A DNA stretch of 63,662 nucleotides, filler included, from Globobulimina sp. (Eukaryota): assembly GCA_003354225.1 (NCBI GenBank). It is 31 parts of 31 records of this genome, joined end to end, with 100 filler letters (N's around TTAATTAATTAA, not from the genome) between each part and the next. Parts side by side here need not be neighbours in the genome. Positions count along the whole stretch, not along the records: positions 24,695 to 26,651 come from PIVH01010214.1; positions 26,752 to 28,708 come from PIVH01010215.1; positions 28,809 to 30,765 come from PIVH01010216.1; positions 30,866 to 32,822 come from PIVH01010217.1; positions 32,923 to 34,878 come from PIVH01010218.1; positions 34,979 to 36,934 come from PIVH01010219.1; positions 37,035 to 38,990 come from PIVH01010220.1; 24 more parts are not named here. The stretch is one strand, 5' to 3'. The position numbers were made by a program, and so were the translations under genes. This document shows, in pieces, positions 24,695-37,067 of the stretch. Each line of letters begins with the position of its first letter. Position 1 is the first letter of the stretch. The notes below the pieces were generated by a model. That model did not search any database, was not told the origin of the DNA, and saw only the letters and a list, made by a program, of their open reading frames with translations.

Positions 24695-26620
24695 GGGCAA
24701 GTGATCCGAAACCGAGGTTTTTTAGATGTGGCTACGTGGTACAAAGTGGACGAGTTTGAGTTTCCAAAAGATATAAACAAAGGCGATTATGTGCCGATAA
24801 AACGCATAAATTTGGTCGAGTCGAAGACGGAGCCGCCTCCTTTTTTAACTGAGTCCGAATTAATTGCAAAAATGGAAAAGCACGGCATTGGAACGGATGC
24901 GTCCATACCGCAACATATTGCAAATATTTGTGAGCGGGAATATGCGTCAACTGACCAGAGTACGCGATGTATGAGACCGACACAATTAGGTATGTTTAAC
25001 ATGGCGACATGGTGTTTACTCAAAAAAAAGTTTTTTTACTTGGAAATGTTGACATGTTTTTTGTTGTTTTAGGTTTATTATTAGGCCATGGATACTACAA
25101 AATCGACCCACAATTAGTGTTACCAGAGTTGCGCGCCTATATGGAACGCAATATGACCGCTGTTGCAAAGGGGAAATTGGCGAAAAGCAGTGTGATCAAA
25201 TCTGTATTGGATATATTTTCAGCCAAATTCGATTATTTTGTGCGCAAATTTGAGAAAATGGATACAATGTTCGATCATTTATATAACAATCCAGCCAATT
25301 TACACGGCGGTAAAGTTCTGTGTAAATGTGGCATTTGCAACCGGTCAATGAAGTTGTTTAAGGCCAGAGGGCCGCCAAAGTTATACTGTGCAAAATGTAA
25401 ACAGCAATACGTACTGCCAATAGGTATGACTATGTGCTGCCTTTTCGTGTGTGATTACTGTGATATATATATCCGATGTCCATGTCATGTCAGGCGATAT
25501 CAAAAAAGTGGAAAAGGACTGCCCATTAAGTAAATTTCAAGTGGTTAAATTCTCGAAAGATAACAAAGCGGATTATTCACTAAAAATAACTTACCCGATA
25601 TCGCCATTTGAATTTATGTTTCCGCCGTCCAACGTATACGACCCCGAGAGGCCCAAATTGGGTAAAAAGAAGCGGAAAGGAAGGAAACGGGACAATGATG
25701 GCCGTGGCGGTGGCAACGAGCCGGAAGAATATAAGTATGCCACGGCCGACGGTGAGCTGATTGATGTGGAGGAAATCAATCCGAGTAAACTTAAAAAAGA
25801 GATGGGATGCAATCGGTGCTGGTATGACAAGTGCGATTTCAGTGCGCATACAAATATGGTCAAACCGTGTCCGCGGTGCAACGCTCAGGTAATTTGCTGT
25901 GATTTTCTATAGTTTGTGGCAGAAAAGACGTTTTCTAATGTTTTTTTACAGGGAACGACAAAGTTTTATTTCATATTGGACCCAACGTCGGGACCCCAAA
26001 AATGGAGGATATGCTGTAACAATCCGCGATGTTACAACATGGTGCAAATATCGACGCATGCTCCGACATTTGAAGTGAATGGACGCGGCAATACGTGCGA
26101 GAAATGTGCAGCGAAACTGATTCATATTGAATTCCATAAGGACAATGTACCGGAAATGTTAGTCAAAGATAAGAAAAAGCCCGTCAATGTGGAGTGGAAT
26201 GGATGCGTGTTTTGTGATGATATGTTCAATAAATATGATATGATTGATGAGATCCATGCGGTGTATGGCCAACGTGGTGGATATAGAGGGAGAGGGGGTA
26301 GAGGAGGCAGAGGAGGCAGAGGAGGCAGAGGTGATTACGGAGGCAGAGGGGATTACGGCGGAAGAGGTGATTACCGAGGGAGAGGCAGTGATAATTACAG
26401 AGGAGGTGGGAGAGGTAATGGCCATTATGATAACTACAGAGGTGGGGGAGGTAGAGGGGATAGATCGAGAGGTAGACGACGTGGTGGAGGGAGAGGGAGA
26501 GGCAGAGGGAGGGGGAGAGGTAGAGGGAGAGGTAGAGGAAGGGGCAGAGGAAGAGGAAGAGGTAGGAGCAGAGGACGTAGTCGTAGAGGTAGAGGAGGTT
26601 ATGGTGGTGGCAGATATTGA
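24695..26620 (+). CDS. TOP3B: DNA/RNA topoisomerase III beta, C-terminal half; introns 24990-25072, 25424-25493, 25889-25951
   Basis: LTESELIAKMEKHGIGTDASIP, GYYKIDPQLVLP, KFDYFV, CxxC zinc ribbons and a terminal RGG box. Confidence 0.93.
26275..26615 (+). repeat. Coding RG/RGG low-complexity repeat
   Basis: Purine-rich AGAGGN repeats encoding the RGG box. Confidence 0.9.
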
Positions 26621-26930
26621 ATGAAATGTTTTGAAACATATGCATGACATTNNNNNNNNNNNNNNNNNNNNNNNNNNNNNNNNNNNNNNNNNNNNTTAAT
26701 TAATTAANNNNNNNNNNNNNNNNNNNNNNNNNNNNNNNNNNNNNNNNNNNNTAACAGACAGATCGATATTTAACAATTGCATCATGTACAAAAAATCGCA
26801 GCAAAGTGCAACGACAAAGAAAGAAAAAAAAGCACACACAAAAAAATTATAATATAAAAAGAGAGAAAGAAAAAAGTAAATTAAAGTAAATACAAATTAG
26901 TGGCTATAAATATTATAAATACGAAAATTA

Positions 26931-28234
26931 TCATCTCCTGTAATACGGAAACGATTTACGTTTCATTTGTGTTGGCTGATTAAATTTCTTTACAATTCGT
27001 TTTCGATATTTTTTAAAATACGTTGTGAACCAGGAATGTTTTAAAATTTTCATTCCATTCAATCGTTTTCTTTCATGTACGGTCAATAAACCATTTATCA
27101 TTGAAAATGAATTAATATTAAAATATTTCAACATCTTATTTGCAGATAAATATTGTTTTAATTCGTGATTATGTAATGACCAATATCCACTTTTAAAGTG
27201 GTACATTTCCAACGGAGAATATAAACATTTCCCAACTGTCATAACTTGGAAAGCTATCATTCCCAGAGACCAATTATCTGCTTTTCGAGCATCGAATGGG
27301 TCGCCATTAAATACCTTCGGTGCAAAATATCCTTCGTTTTGTATGGATAAACCTTGTTTTTCGCATAAAAACAAATCCTTATCAGTTTGGCTGGATTTAT
27401 TCTCTGAAAACACTTCAGAAACTCCAAAATCAATCAATTTTATTCCTATTTTAGGATCAATCGTCAATTTTCCTTGTTTGGTTTCGATAAAATTCGGATT
27501 AATTAACATGATATTTTCCATACAAATATCTAAGTGGCAACCTATACATTATACAAATTGAAATATATTAATCGCAGCGTACACAGAGAAGACATACAGT
27601 TCATAGAGGTGTGCATCCATTGTATTGTAACAAATAGCTGCCATAGCACATATTTCATCATTTTTTGGTACTGGTTTGTGGATAGTTTGCCATTTTTAAT
27701 ATGTTTGCGGGCGCTGCAAACAAATTGTTTTAAATTTGTCTCAGATTCAATATATTCCATTACTAAATAATAATCGCTATCTGACTCAAAAAAGTCAATA
27801 TATTTTGCAATGTAGCCACCGATTGGCGTATTATCCACAGTCAAACATTTTAATATCATCGATTCTTTGATTATATTTTCTGAAACACAAAAATTAGTTT
27901 GGTCTTCAATTGCGATTTGCTGATTAAATAAGGCTTTATTTGTTTTCTTGATCGCAACATAACTCTGCTTATTTTTCGCATGTTTATTATTAATTTTTGC
28001 TTTGTATAATTCACCTTGCAATGTATCGCATAGTTTTCTTATTTTTGTGTATCCGTTATTATGAAATACAAGACTCTCGTTCATTTGTATTGAATTGTCA
28101 ACAGATCTGGGCGTCGTAGTGGGCGATTCTGATGAATTATATCCAGAATCATATTCAAGTAATAACAATTCGATGGATATGTCAGATGCTGTGGTTTTTG
28201 ATTGTATGAGAGATTGTCTTGACACTGGCATCAT
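26931..28234 (-). CDS. Ser/Thr protein kinase (CAMK-like, HLD-type); intron 27542-27597
   Basis: DTLQG loop, VAIKK, LVMEY, spliced CCHLDICMENIM, LIDFG, DNWSLG. Confidence 0.85.
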
Positions 28235-28808
28235 TGTCGGAGTATTTAGTAAAGGAAAATTATTTGAATTGTTTTTAATCTAAAATTAATAATCCAGTAT
28301 GACATCGTTGTTTGAGTGTTGTTTGACACCACATAGAACAGAGAAGTTATTTATTGGATATAGTAAACAATTCATGCATTTATGATTAATATTGAATATA
28401 CCAATGGTTGTTCCTTATCAGTACATAACAAACATGGTGATATTTCGACCAAATTAATGAGCGCACACGACCAAATTTTAGACATGGTATTTAGAATTCG
28501 AATTTTTTGTCAATACACAGGAACGAAGCATACTGCTTTGTTTCGGACAGTATCAGATAAACAATCTTGTCAATCAATCACAACATTTGAAGAATTAAAC
28601 ATAACAACAAATTCGTTTGCAGGCCGTCACCAGTTCATTATCATGAACATCATTGGTCCAAATGGCCATATTTATGGACGGAGTCTCTGAATCAAACAGC
28701 CGTTTTATNNNNNNNNNNNNNNNNNNNNNNNNNNNNNNNNNNNNNNNNNNNNTTAATTAATTAANNNNNNNNNNNNNNNNNNNNNNNNNNNNNNNNNNNN
28801 NNNNNNNN

Positions 28809-29189
28809 ATTCTTGGCACCCGATATCAAACAGAATATATACCATATTTTGTGATTTGTATGATGAATTTAACCAAATTTGGACCGAGTGATAGCTGTCG
28901 AATGAGATATTTAGGGACGACCGTTTCAATGGGCTTTGGACAATATTGGTGGGTTTATGTCATTTTGTTTGTAAGTGAAATGTTAAGTGATTTGGTTGCC
29001 GATTGGTTTAAAAAGGTTGGACGCAAAAAAGGATGGCTTGGCGATGAAGAAAATGGTGACCCAGCGCGGGAAGCTACGTATCTTAAGCTCAAGCCATGGA
29101 TGATGGTCTGCGTTTTTATTGGATTCTTTGTCATCTCATTACTTGCATATGAGATTGACTATGATGCGAAAACGAAAACAATTGTTTAA
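28809..29189 (+). CDS. C-terminal fragment of a membrane protein
   Basis: Open frame from the contig start with two hydrophobic helices. Confidence 0.45.
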   Translation: MLGTRYQTEYIPYFVICMMNLTKFGPSDSCRMRYLGTTVSMGFGQYWWVYVILFVSEMLSDLVADWFKKVGRKKGWLGDEENGDPAREATYLKLKPWMMVCVFIGFFVISLLAYEIDYDAKTKTIV

Positions 29190-29406
29190 ATTATGAATGT
29201 TGTTGGTTTGTTTGTTTGTGTTGGACATCTGCTCACTTCCGAAATATTAACAAGTATCAAGTGCTAAACTAAAAAAAAGAATTTAGAAATTAAATAAGGT
29301 AAATTGTTGGCAAACAATCAAGAATTAAAAAAAAAGTCAACATAATCAAGAAGCAGTCGTTTCGGAAACGCACAACAAGAACATATTCATATTATAAATG
29401 CGATTG

Positions 29407-30765
29407 TTATTCATCAGTGTCAATAGATCCGCAATGAGTGATAGCATATAATAATTTTTGATGCATTATATCAGGATCAGTATACCGTGGAAGGTCTAAT
29501 TGAAAAAAACAAGTGTGAGATACTGGTAAATAATCATTCGGATTGCTTTGGTGATGGTCTATTAACAATATACTCATTTTCTTATCAAAATCACTTTTAT
29601 GCAACGGCAATCTGGATCTGCCCCATACAAATTGCAACAATTTCGATCTTTGCATATTGTTCATTTTATGTTTGACAACGTCCCAAAATAATTGTATGGT
29701 GCGGTCACTTATTGAGCAGTTACTGTACGTTGTCATTTGTTTAAACAGTTTAATATCAATTGTTGATTGCCCACAGATTAATTCTTCCACTTTGTTCCAC
29801 GACAAAATATTCAAAATATTTATCGGAATCACAGTGCCTAAGCCTCGTCGGATTGCATTGCACGCAAAGTCATATTCATGAATGCGGAAATTTATAAATG
29901 CAGTTTTGTAATGCTTGACATTTTTATGTGTAATCGGTATCAATTCGCCATTTGGTATTAATGGATAAGTATTGCCGTCACTCGATTTGCCCTGAAACTT
30001 TGATCTTGTTCGCACCATTAAACTGTTAAATATTTGAATTTGCGCAATGATTTCATTGATTTCCGCATTATCCTCATTAATTTCTGCATTGTCCATGTCA
30101 TAATTATGTATTTCATTGGAATACGTCTCTAATATTTTAATGAATGGATCTAAATGTTGGAAGATAGAAAATGCGGATTTATCAATCGATACAATATCAT
30201 TTGTATTGATATTATGATTGCATATTTTCTTCCAGATTAACGGCGCAACATTGAGTGGCAATAATTCCTTCGTTCGCATAGCTAAACCCATCAATTTGCC
30301 TAAAAAAATGTACATTTTCTCATCTTGATAGAAACACTTATTTGGTGACGGTACGTATTTATCTCTGTTTAAGCCATGGTCATTTGAGCCATTTGGACAT
30401 AGCATAAATAGGTTTAATTGTTTATTATTTTGTATTTCATTCATCATCCACTCAATCGATTCCCTGTAGGGACCCCCGGCATCGGTTGCATGTTCATTGG
30501 CAAATTGGCATTTCCATGCTTTGCTGTATGGTTCCAACCGAAATGTATCGGGCTTGAACGAATGCAATTGATTCATACATTCGGTGAACATCAAATAATC
30601 CGGTTCTTCGCCTGATTTACAGCGGAATCTATCCACTTGGAATGACGGCTCATTTGCCTGTCCATCTTGCGATTGTTCCAAAGCTGTTTGTAATATATGA
30701 CACGCCACGCGGTTGCCCAAAATCAAGTGTTTATTCAAACATAATATTGATGTCGATTTGATATT
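29407..30765 (-). CDS. HECT E3 ubiquitin ligase C-terminus; 5' truncated
   Basis: DAGGPYRESI, FLGKLMGLAMR, FVWGRSRLP, LPVSHTCFFQLDLPRY (catalytic Cys), AITHCGSID. Confidence 0.93.
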   Translation of the reverse strand, partial: NIKSTSILCLNKHLILGNRVACHILQTALEQSQDGQANEPSFQVDRFRCKSGEEPDYLMFTECMNQLHSFKPDTFRLEPYSKAWKCQFANEHATDAGGPYRESIEWMMNEIQNNKQLNLFMLCPNGSNDHGLNRDKYVPSPNKCFYQDEKMYIFLGKLMGLAMRTKELLPLNVAPLIWKKICNHNINTNDIVSIDKSAFSIFQHLDPFIKILETYSNEIHNYDMDNAEINEDNAEINEIIAQIQIFNSLMVRTRSKFQGKSSDGNTYPLIPNGELIPITHKNVKHYKTAFINFRIHEYDFACNAIRRGLGTVIPINILNILSWNKVEELICGQSTIDIKLFKQMTTYSNCSISDRTIQLFWDVVKHKMNNMQRSKLLQFVWGRSRLPLHKSDFDKKMSILLIDHHQSNPNDYLPVSHTCFFQLDLPRYTDPDIMHQKLLYAITHCGSIDTDE

Positions 30766-30865
30766 NNNNNNNNNNNNNNNNNNNNNNNNNNNNNNNNNNN
30801 NNNNNNNNNTTAATTAATTAANNNNNNNNNNNNNNNNNNNNNNNNNNNNNNNNNNNNNNNNNNNN

Positions 30866-32546
30866 GTATTTAGCGGAACAGCTTCGTCACCATTTGTATT
30901 TTTGGTTGAAACTTTATATAAATAAATTGCGAACATTGTGAATAAAATTAACAACACCAAAGCAGCTATAACTGAAAATGTAATGATTTTATGCTGTGTC
31001 CAAAATATTTCCGATGCATCATTATCTCGAATAAATATATCATTTAAATTGATATTATGTCTTAATACATATAAGCCAGTATTTATATTTTGTGACATTA
31101 TAATATCAGAGTATGACTGTTCATTTCTTTTCATTTTAAAATATGGATAAACAGACCAAGAACCTCTATGATTTGGATTATTACGATTATGATCGGAAAC
31201 GGTATAATTAACATTATCACTCCATATATAATTATCAAAATATGCAATTTCAAGTAAGTCTCCAGTGGCAATATTATCAATGTTTAATATTCTGATTCCA
31301 GTTTCATAATTACTTTGAAATACAAATCCTTTGTATCCAATTCCATTGTGATTGTTTTTGCCATTATCAATAATGTATTCATTATGATCGATTACAGTCA
31401 AATTACTGTCATAGATACTAAATAATATCGGATTTGTTAAATTTGTAACATCCCATATTAATGTTCTTTGTGTTAAGTTAAATTCAACTTCGTCGACTTC
31501 ATCATTCATTAATAAATACGCATGATCTCCAGTCACCAATTCGGATAATAAAATCATTTCTGTTTTATTTGAAACATCAACAATTGTTAAAGCTTGTGTG
31601 CGTGGTGTAAATGCAAAACAAATCTCATTTCCTAACAATTATTCATCATTGTAAGGCAAATAAACGTTGCAGTCGGTGTGCATTTGTATACATTGTGCAG
31701 TAAAACAAAGAGCATCAATATTCAATGCATATTCATGTTATTCAGATCAGCCAAATAAAAAAATGTATTGAATATCAATGCGCTTTGTTTTGTTTTTTGT
31801 TTATACATTGATGAATGTGCTGAAATACCTCGATATCTTTGATCTGGACCATGATAATTCACACTCTGTACATCATGAACGTACGATATATTATGATTAT
31901 TATCATGATGAGCAAAACAAGCAGCTTGTAATGGATGGTAAGGATCAGTAATATCAACAATATACAATCCACCAATTCCACTTTCTTCAGTTATAAATGA
32001 ATTATGTGATCCTCCATAACTTGCATTATATATTTGATTAAAGTCAACTTCTGATTGATGTTTATATGCAATATCGATATCAATGATATTTGAAATATTC
32101 AACATTTGTAATCCATGATCACCATAATTTGAAGTCGTATCTGCAACAACAAATGCAAAGTCGCCATATACTTTTAAATCCCGCCAATTTATATGTCTAA
32201 TTGGTTGAGTATTGGATTCAATAAATGCTAAAACATTTGGATCGATATCAGCTTGACAAGTCAACGCAAAATAAGCAATTGCATTGTCATTAGAATCGTA
32301 TTGTGTATAGCCCCATATATCATTACCAGATGCATTAATTAAAGGAATAAATGACAATAAATGATCAGTCATCATCATCTGATGTAACACACCCATATTT
32401 TGAGAATTACTGAATGTTAATCCATACCTTTCACACATTATTTCTTGACATTGTTGGTTGTTTGCAATATTATCACATGACCATGGCAATAAAAAACTCA
32501 ATGATCCAATTACAAACAATAGAGTTGAGATAGCAAATAAAAGCAT
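30866..32546 (-). CDS. Choice-of-anchor B / LVIVD beta-propeller protein with signal peptide and C-terminal TM; intron 31632-31828
   Basis: NDIWGYT, WRDLKVY, YVHDVQ..Y.GPD.RYRG|NEICF, NDEVDE, IDHN, SNYETGIRI, GSWSVYPYF. Confidence 0.75.
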
Positions 32547-32922
32547 TGTGGCTGGGTGTGGTTAGACTGAATAGATTTACTGAAAAAAAAACCAACAAAA
32601 ATTATATAGTCAATAATGTGTTAGACTTAGAAATTGGTAAACATTACACCCTTAAAATCGATTGAATAAACGATATCAAATTAGGGCTTTCCGATAAGTA
32701 CTGATTTTTTTTTCAGTTCAAAAACGCTTTTCAACAGGTCTTAAATAACTTTTATATCTATACGCCAACAAAACATATTAATTTTGTTGTTGGTGATTTG
32801 CCGTCGGATATTGGCGGTATGGNNNNNNNNNNNNNNNNNNNNNNNNNNNNNNNNNNNNNNNNNNNNTTAATTAATTAANNNNNNNNNNNNNNNNNNNNNN
32901 NNNNNNNNNNNNNNNNNNNNNN

Positions 32923-34878
32923 ATTTATAAACTTTTTATTATCACACGATTTCAAAATATCCCAATACCAATCACTATATTCCAATAAATTGAGTTCAAT
33001 TTCTTGTTTTGCTTCGTGTTCTAATAAATCACGTCGCAAATCTATTTCATTAAAATCTTCCGCTCCGTATTTCAATGTATCCAAATCTTGTCCAATTTTA
33101 TTCATTGAGTTTTTCGATAACACATTATATTCATTTATTTCTTGTTTATTTGTTTTGGGCAATAAATTTGTAATTAATAATCCATAATTTTCTGTTACTT
33201 CACCTGATAATCGCGACAAACCGGAATTAAATTGTTCACAACATTCCAATGTTAATAACGGTATACATTTTTGACTCCATTTTTTATACGACGAATTGCA
33301 CTGTGTTTTGACAAAAATAATGACATTTAATCTGTGATAAATCAGAAAAATACTTAACATTTAATCGCGGACATATATCATCTTCAATCACATTCAATAT
33401 TTTACCTCGAATCGATATCTCCTTTGACTGTGTTTGTTGTACTTCTGTCAAATCAAAAGTATTATACATTTTTGTTGCCATATCATCATAGTGTGCTGTA
33501 TTATACATCAATGCTTGCAATTTAATAAATAGATCATCATCAAGTACCAAATCAACCTCAGCCATTCTACACATATAAGCAGCAATTTGTGGCTTATATG
33601 CATCACAGACATCACCATTCATTGTGATATGCATATTTCCATTATGCTCTAAATGATCAGTTACATTTTTATTTGTTGCTGCCAAGAAATTATCGTACTT
33701 TGATATCGTGGCAAATACACTTTTAATAGCTGCGATTTTTTCTTTTTTTGCGATTTTCCGTACTTTATTTGGTCCAATTTTGATAGTTTGTACATTTAAT
33801 AATTGTGTCGCAGATTTTGCAACATTTAATTTAGCGCAGCCACAATCAATATGTAAGTTACATAATGCATGGTTTAATAATGCAGGAATTCCAGGTCGCT
33901 TAAATGGAATACCAAATAATTTCATTTTTTTATCCAATTGCACATAATGCCAATCATCGATCTCGTCTGGATGCAGTTCTTTTGATTTTTTAATATCTTC
34001 GTCCATTAAAGCCCAAATATATAATACATATTCTATAATAAATTTGCGAATATATTTGCGCGGTGTTTTACCCATTTTTTCTAATGCGGAACGTGTATAT
34101 TCAGGGGTTTGTAAGAATGTTCTTGCTGATATTTGATCTGTAAACAGTATACGATCTCCGTCAAATGATTTATACGGATTTTTAATCATATCACCACAGC
34201 CTGTTTCCACATAAATTGATTCAAACTGCCATTTTGATCTAACTTGGAGGCCTTTTAATAAAGCACTTAGATCCAAACGCCATAAAATATGCAATTTTAA
34301 TTGCCAATAAACACTTTGCTTCAAATACGATGCCACCAAAATATTAATCATAAACTCTTTTGCATAATTCATTGTCCATTCTTTGGTGAATTCTTGATAT
34401 GTTGAACCACCATCTGATGCATTACCAATATTCGCCCATGAAACGGATGGAAAACACCTTAAAAAAATCAAAATTTGTAACTCATTTATACGGAAATTCG
34501 CAAATAAATATTTAACTGTGATGCGCCTGCATTTAAACTGTCGCCACCGCTCCCAATACATTGTGTAAATTCTTTATTTTGAATATATTTAAGATGTCCA
34601 GGCGAATCGTATGACAATAATGGATGCACAGTTGCATTAAATTGGATATATATGCGATTATTTTCACGTCTAATTGTTGTGTTTGGTGGCTGTGCATCAC
34701 TGTTTGCATTAATATACAATGTTTTTTCCTTATATAAACCTGCTAATTTATCATTAAATCGTTCAAAATCAATTGTATGCGGTATACGTAATGCATGATA
34801 AAATCCGGGATGTGTTATGTATGTAAAAAATTGATTTCTAAAAAATTGTTTTAAATCTTTGTATAATATGATATAAAA
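32923..34878 (-). mobile_element. Degenerate DDE transposase-like gene (RAG1/Transib/Chapaev-like), with introns and/or frame breaks
   Basis: Ordered motifs RLDLSAL, LCNLH, MNGD, KCHYF, LSRLSGEVTENYG parallel RAG1 YDEKLV, DALHCD, MNGNF, YFHK, SEGNESGN; no TIRs visible. Confidence 0.4.
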
Positions 34879-34978
34879 NNNNNNNNNNNNNNNNNNNNNN
34901 NNNNNNNNNNNNNNNNNNNNNNTTAATTAATTAANNNNNNNNNNNNNNNNNNNNNNNNNNNNNNNNNNNNNNNNNNNN

Positions 34979-36934
34979 TTGGATCCAATAATGACAATCC
35001 CTTACCAATGTTATCCCGCAAATCCAACCATGCTGAGAACGACACGCCAGTCTCCATGATATCGCATGGCAGCACTGTACGTTCTCGACGATCCAGACGA
35101 AAATCCAGAACCTTAACCGACAAATCCATGAAAAATATAAACGAAAAAAAGCAAAAAGCAAAAACAAACACACAGAATGCACCAAACACTCAAAACACCC
35201 AAAATATAGAAAATAAACAGCAGATTGTATTAAATAAAACTACTAAAAATAGTGTGAGCGACGCGCCAGTGACCCCCGTGACGCCTGAACCATTACAAGG
35301 TATAAAGCAGCGCAGTACTCATACCTCAGAAGCTACCATGGAACTATCGATCCATTTGGATCGATTGGAGCCGGCAGGAATGGATCCAAATGTCGTGAAT
35401 AAGAACTCGCAGACGGATCGCATGTTGGATGAGTTGCAAAATACGCAAGGAATGTCGAGGAAGACGGTGGTGAGCGGCACCGCCAAACATGTAATATTAC
35501 ACGACCATGGCCAGCAACCCGTAAACATTGATCCGCAAATGGGTCAAATGCAAATGCAACGGGGCCACAGCAGCCAGAGTTTAAATAATAGCAACAGTGA
35601 CTATCGCAATTCGCAGCTATCGCAAGGCTCCATGTATTTGGATAACAATTACAACCCGCAATATGTGGAACAAATGAATCCAGCTACGCTCAGTAATCCG
35701 GACTTAATGCGTGGCCTCACACAGTCGAGTATTGGCACCATGGGGACTATGGGCAGTATGGGGACGCCTACACCGACGGATTACAACTCCAATTCCAACA
35801 TACCACAATTGCAACAAAACCCATCCTCTGCTTCAGGTGTGTCGATTATCCTCGTTATAAAAAATATAACTCGATCAGATCTGGAAACGCATTTTAAAAT
35901 GATTTTGTATATATTTGTAATGTAATAAACAAAGGGTTTCCCCAATATCAGCCGCAAAACGTGGCAGACCCATATACGGTGCAAATGAATGGGCAGTATT
36001 ATACCACCGCAGGTGGACCGCCCCCGGGCTATGGGTATAATCCAGGTGTGATCCAAGAGGCGCATCCACAGCAACATTATTATTCAGCCGAAGCCGCCAA
36101 TAACAACAACAATCACCATGCTCCGCACCCACATCCGCATCCACATCCACATAACATAGAAATGAATATGATGATACCGGCAAATGCTTATGCAGCAAAG
36201 GGATATAATGGATACAGCAACGGGGTGCAAGCAGCCTCGCCAGGGATAGAGAGCAATAATAGTTATGATCGATATAGCCAATTCTTGAAGAAATTAATAG
36301 TGGCACCGCAGCAATTTCCCGCGCAACAGCCACAAATGCAAACGGTACAAAGCAATATCAATGATCCACGTTTAATGAACGGCAATGGCGATGAGATGGG
36401 CGATGGTGATGATAATGGCGTTGATGTGAATGGACACCACAACGATGCAGATGATGAGGAGGAAGAGGAGGAAGACGAAGGACAGCAAAATAGGTCGACT
36501 TTTATCGATGATATGGACGATGATGGCATTATTCGTGGCACGCCCATTGAGAATATAACACCGATCGATCGCACGCCCATTGATAATATGACGCCGTTAG
36601 ACGACGAATCGAATGATAGCAGGAACGAAGATATTATGGAACAGCGAAAATCGAGCAAATCATCGCGCGAATATTATACCGGCAGTGCTTCATCAAAGCG
36701 ATCCAAAAAACCAAAAAATAATCGACATCACAATGACAAGAATTATGGCTTACATGCGAGTGGAATTCGTATGGCCACAAATCAACAATATACAGATCAA
36801 TATGCTGCGTATTCTGGCGATTCCGGAGCAGATAAATATGGAAGTATTGGACGACTATGAAGTATACAACAATGCCGTCACGCAAACCGAGGAAGAATCG
36901 CCTGAACCGAAAGAGAGACGGCGTCATGGCCACG
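34979..36934 (+). CDS. Low-complexity, probably disordered Q/N/G/H/D-rich protein; multi-exon, truncated
   Basis: Long open frames 35008-35925 and 35961-36860 with coding-like GC separated by an AT-rich intron-like stretch. Confidence 0.55.
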
Positions 36935-37067
36935 NNNNNNNNNNNNNNNNNNNNNNNNNNNNNNNNNNNNNNNNNNNNTTAATTAATTAANNNNNNNNNN
37001 NNNNNNNNNNNNNNNNNNNNNNNNNNNNNNNNNNTAATACTGAATAGCAAATAGCAAATATTACATA

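Noticed and set aside
26159-26650. Alternative ORFs over the RGG region
   Set aside because: Frame and antisense shadows of the TOP3B RG repeat.
28382-28690. 102-aa ORF upstream of the kinase
   Set aside because: No motif or splice support.
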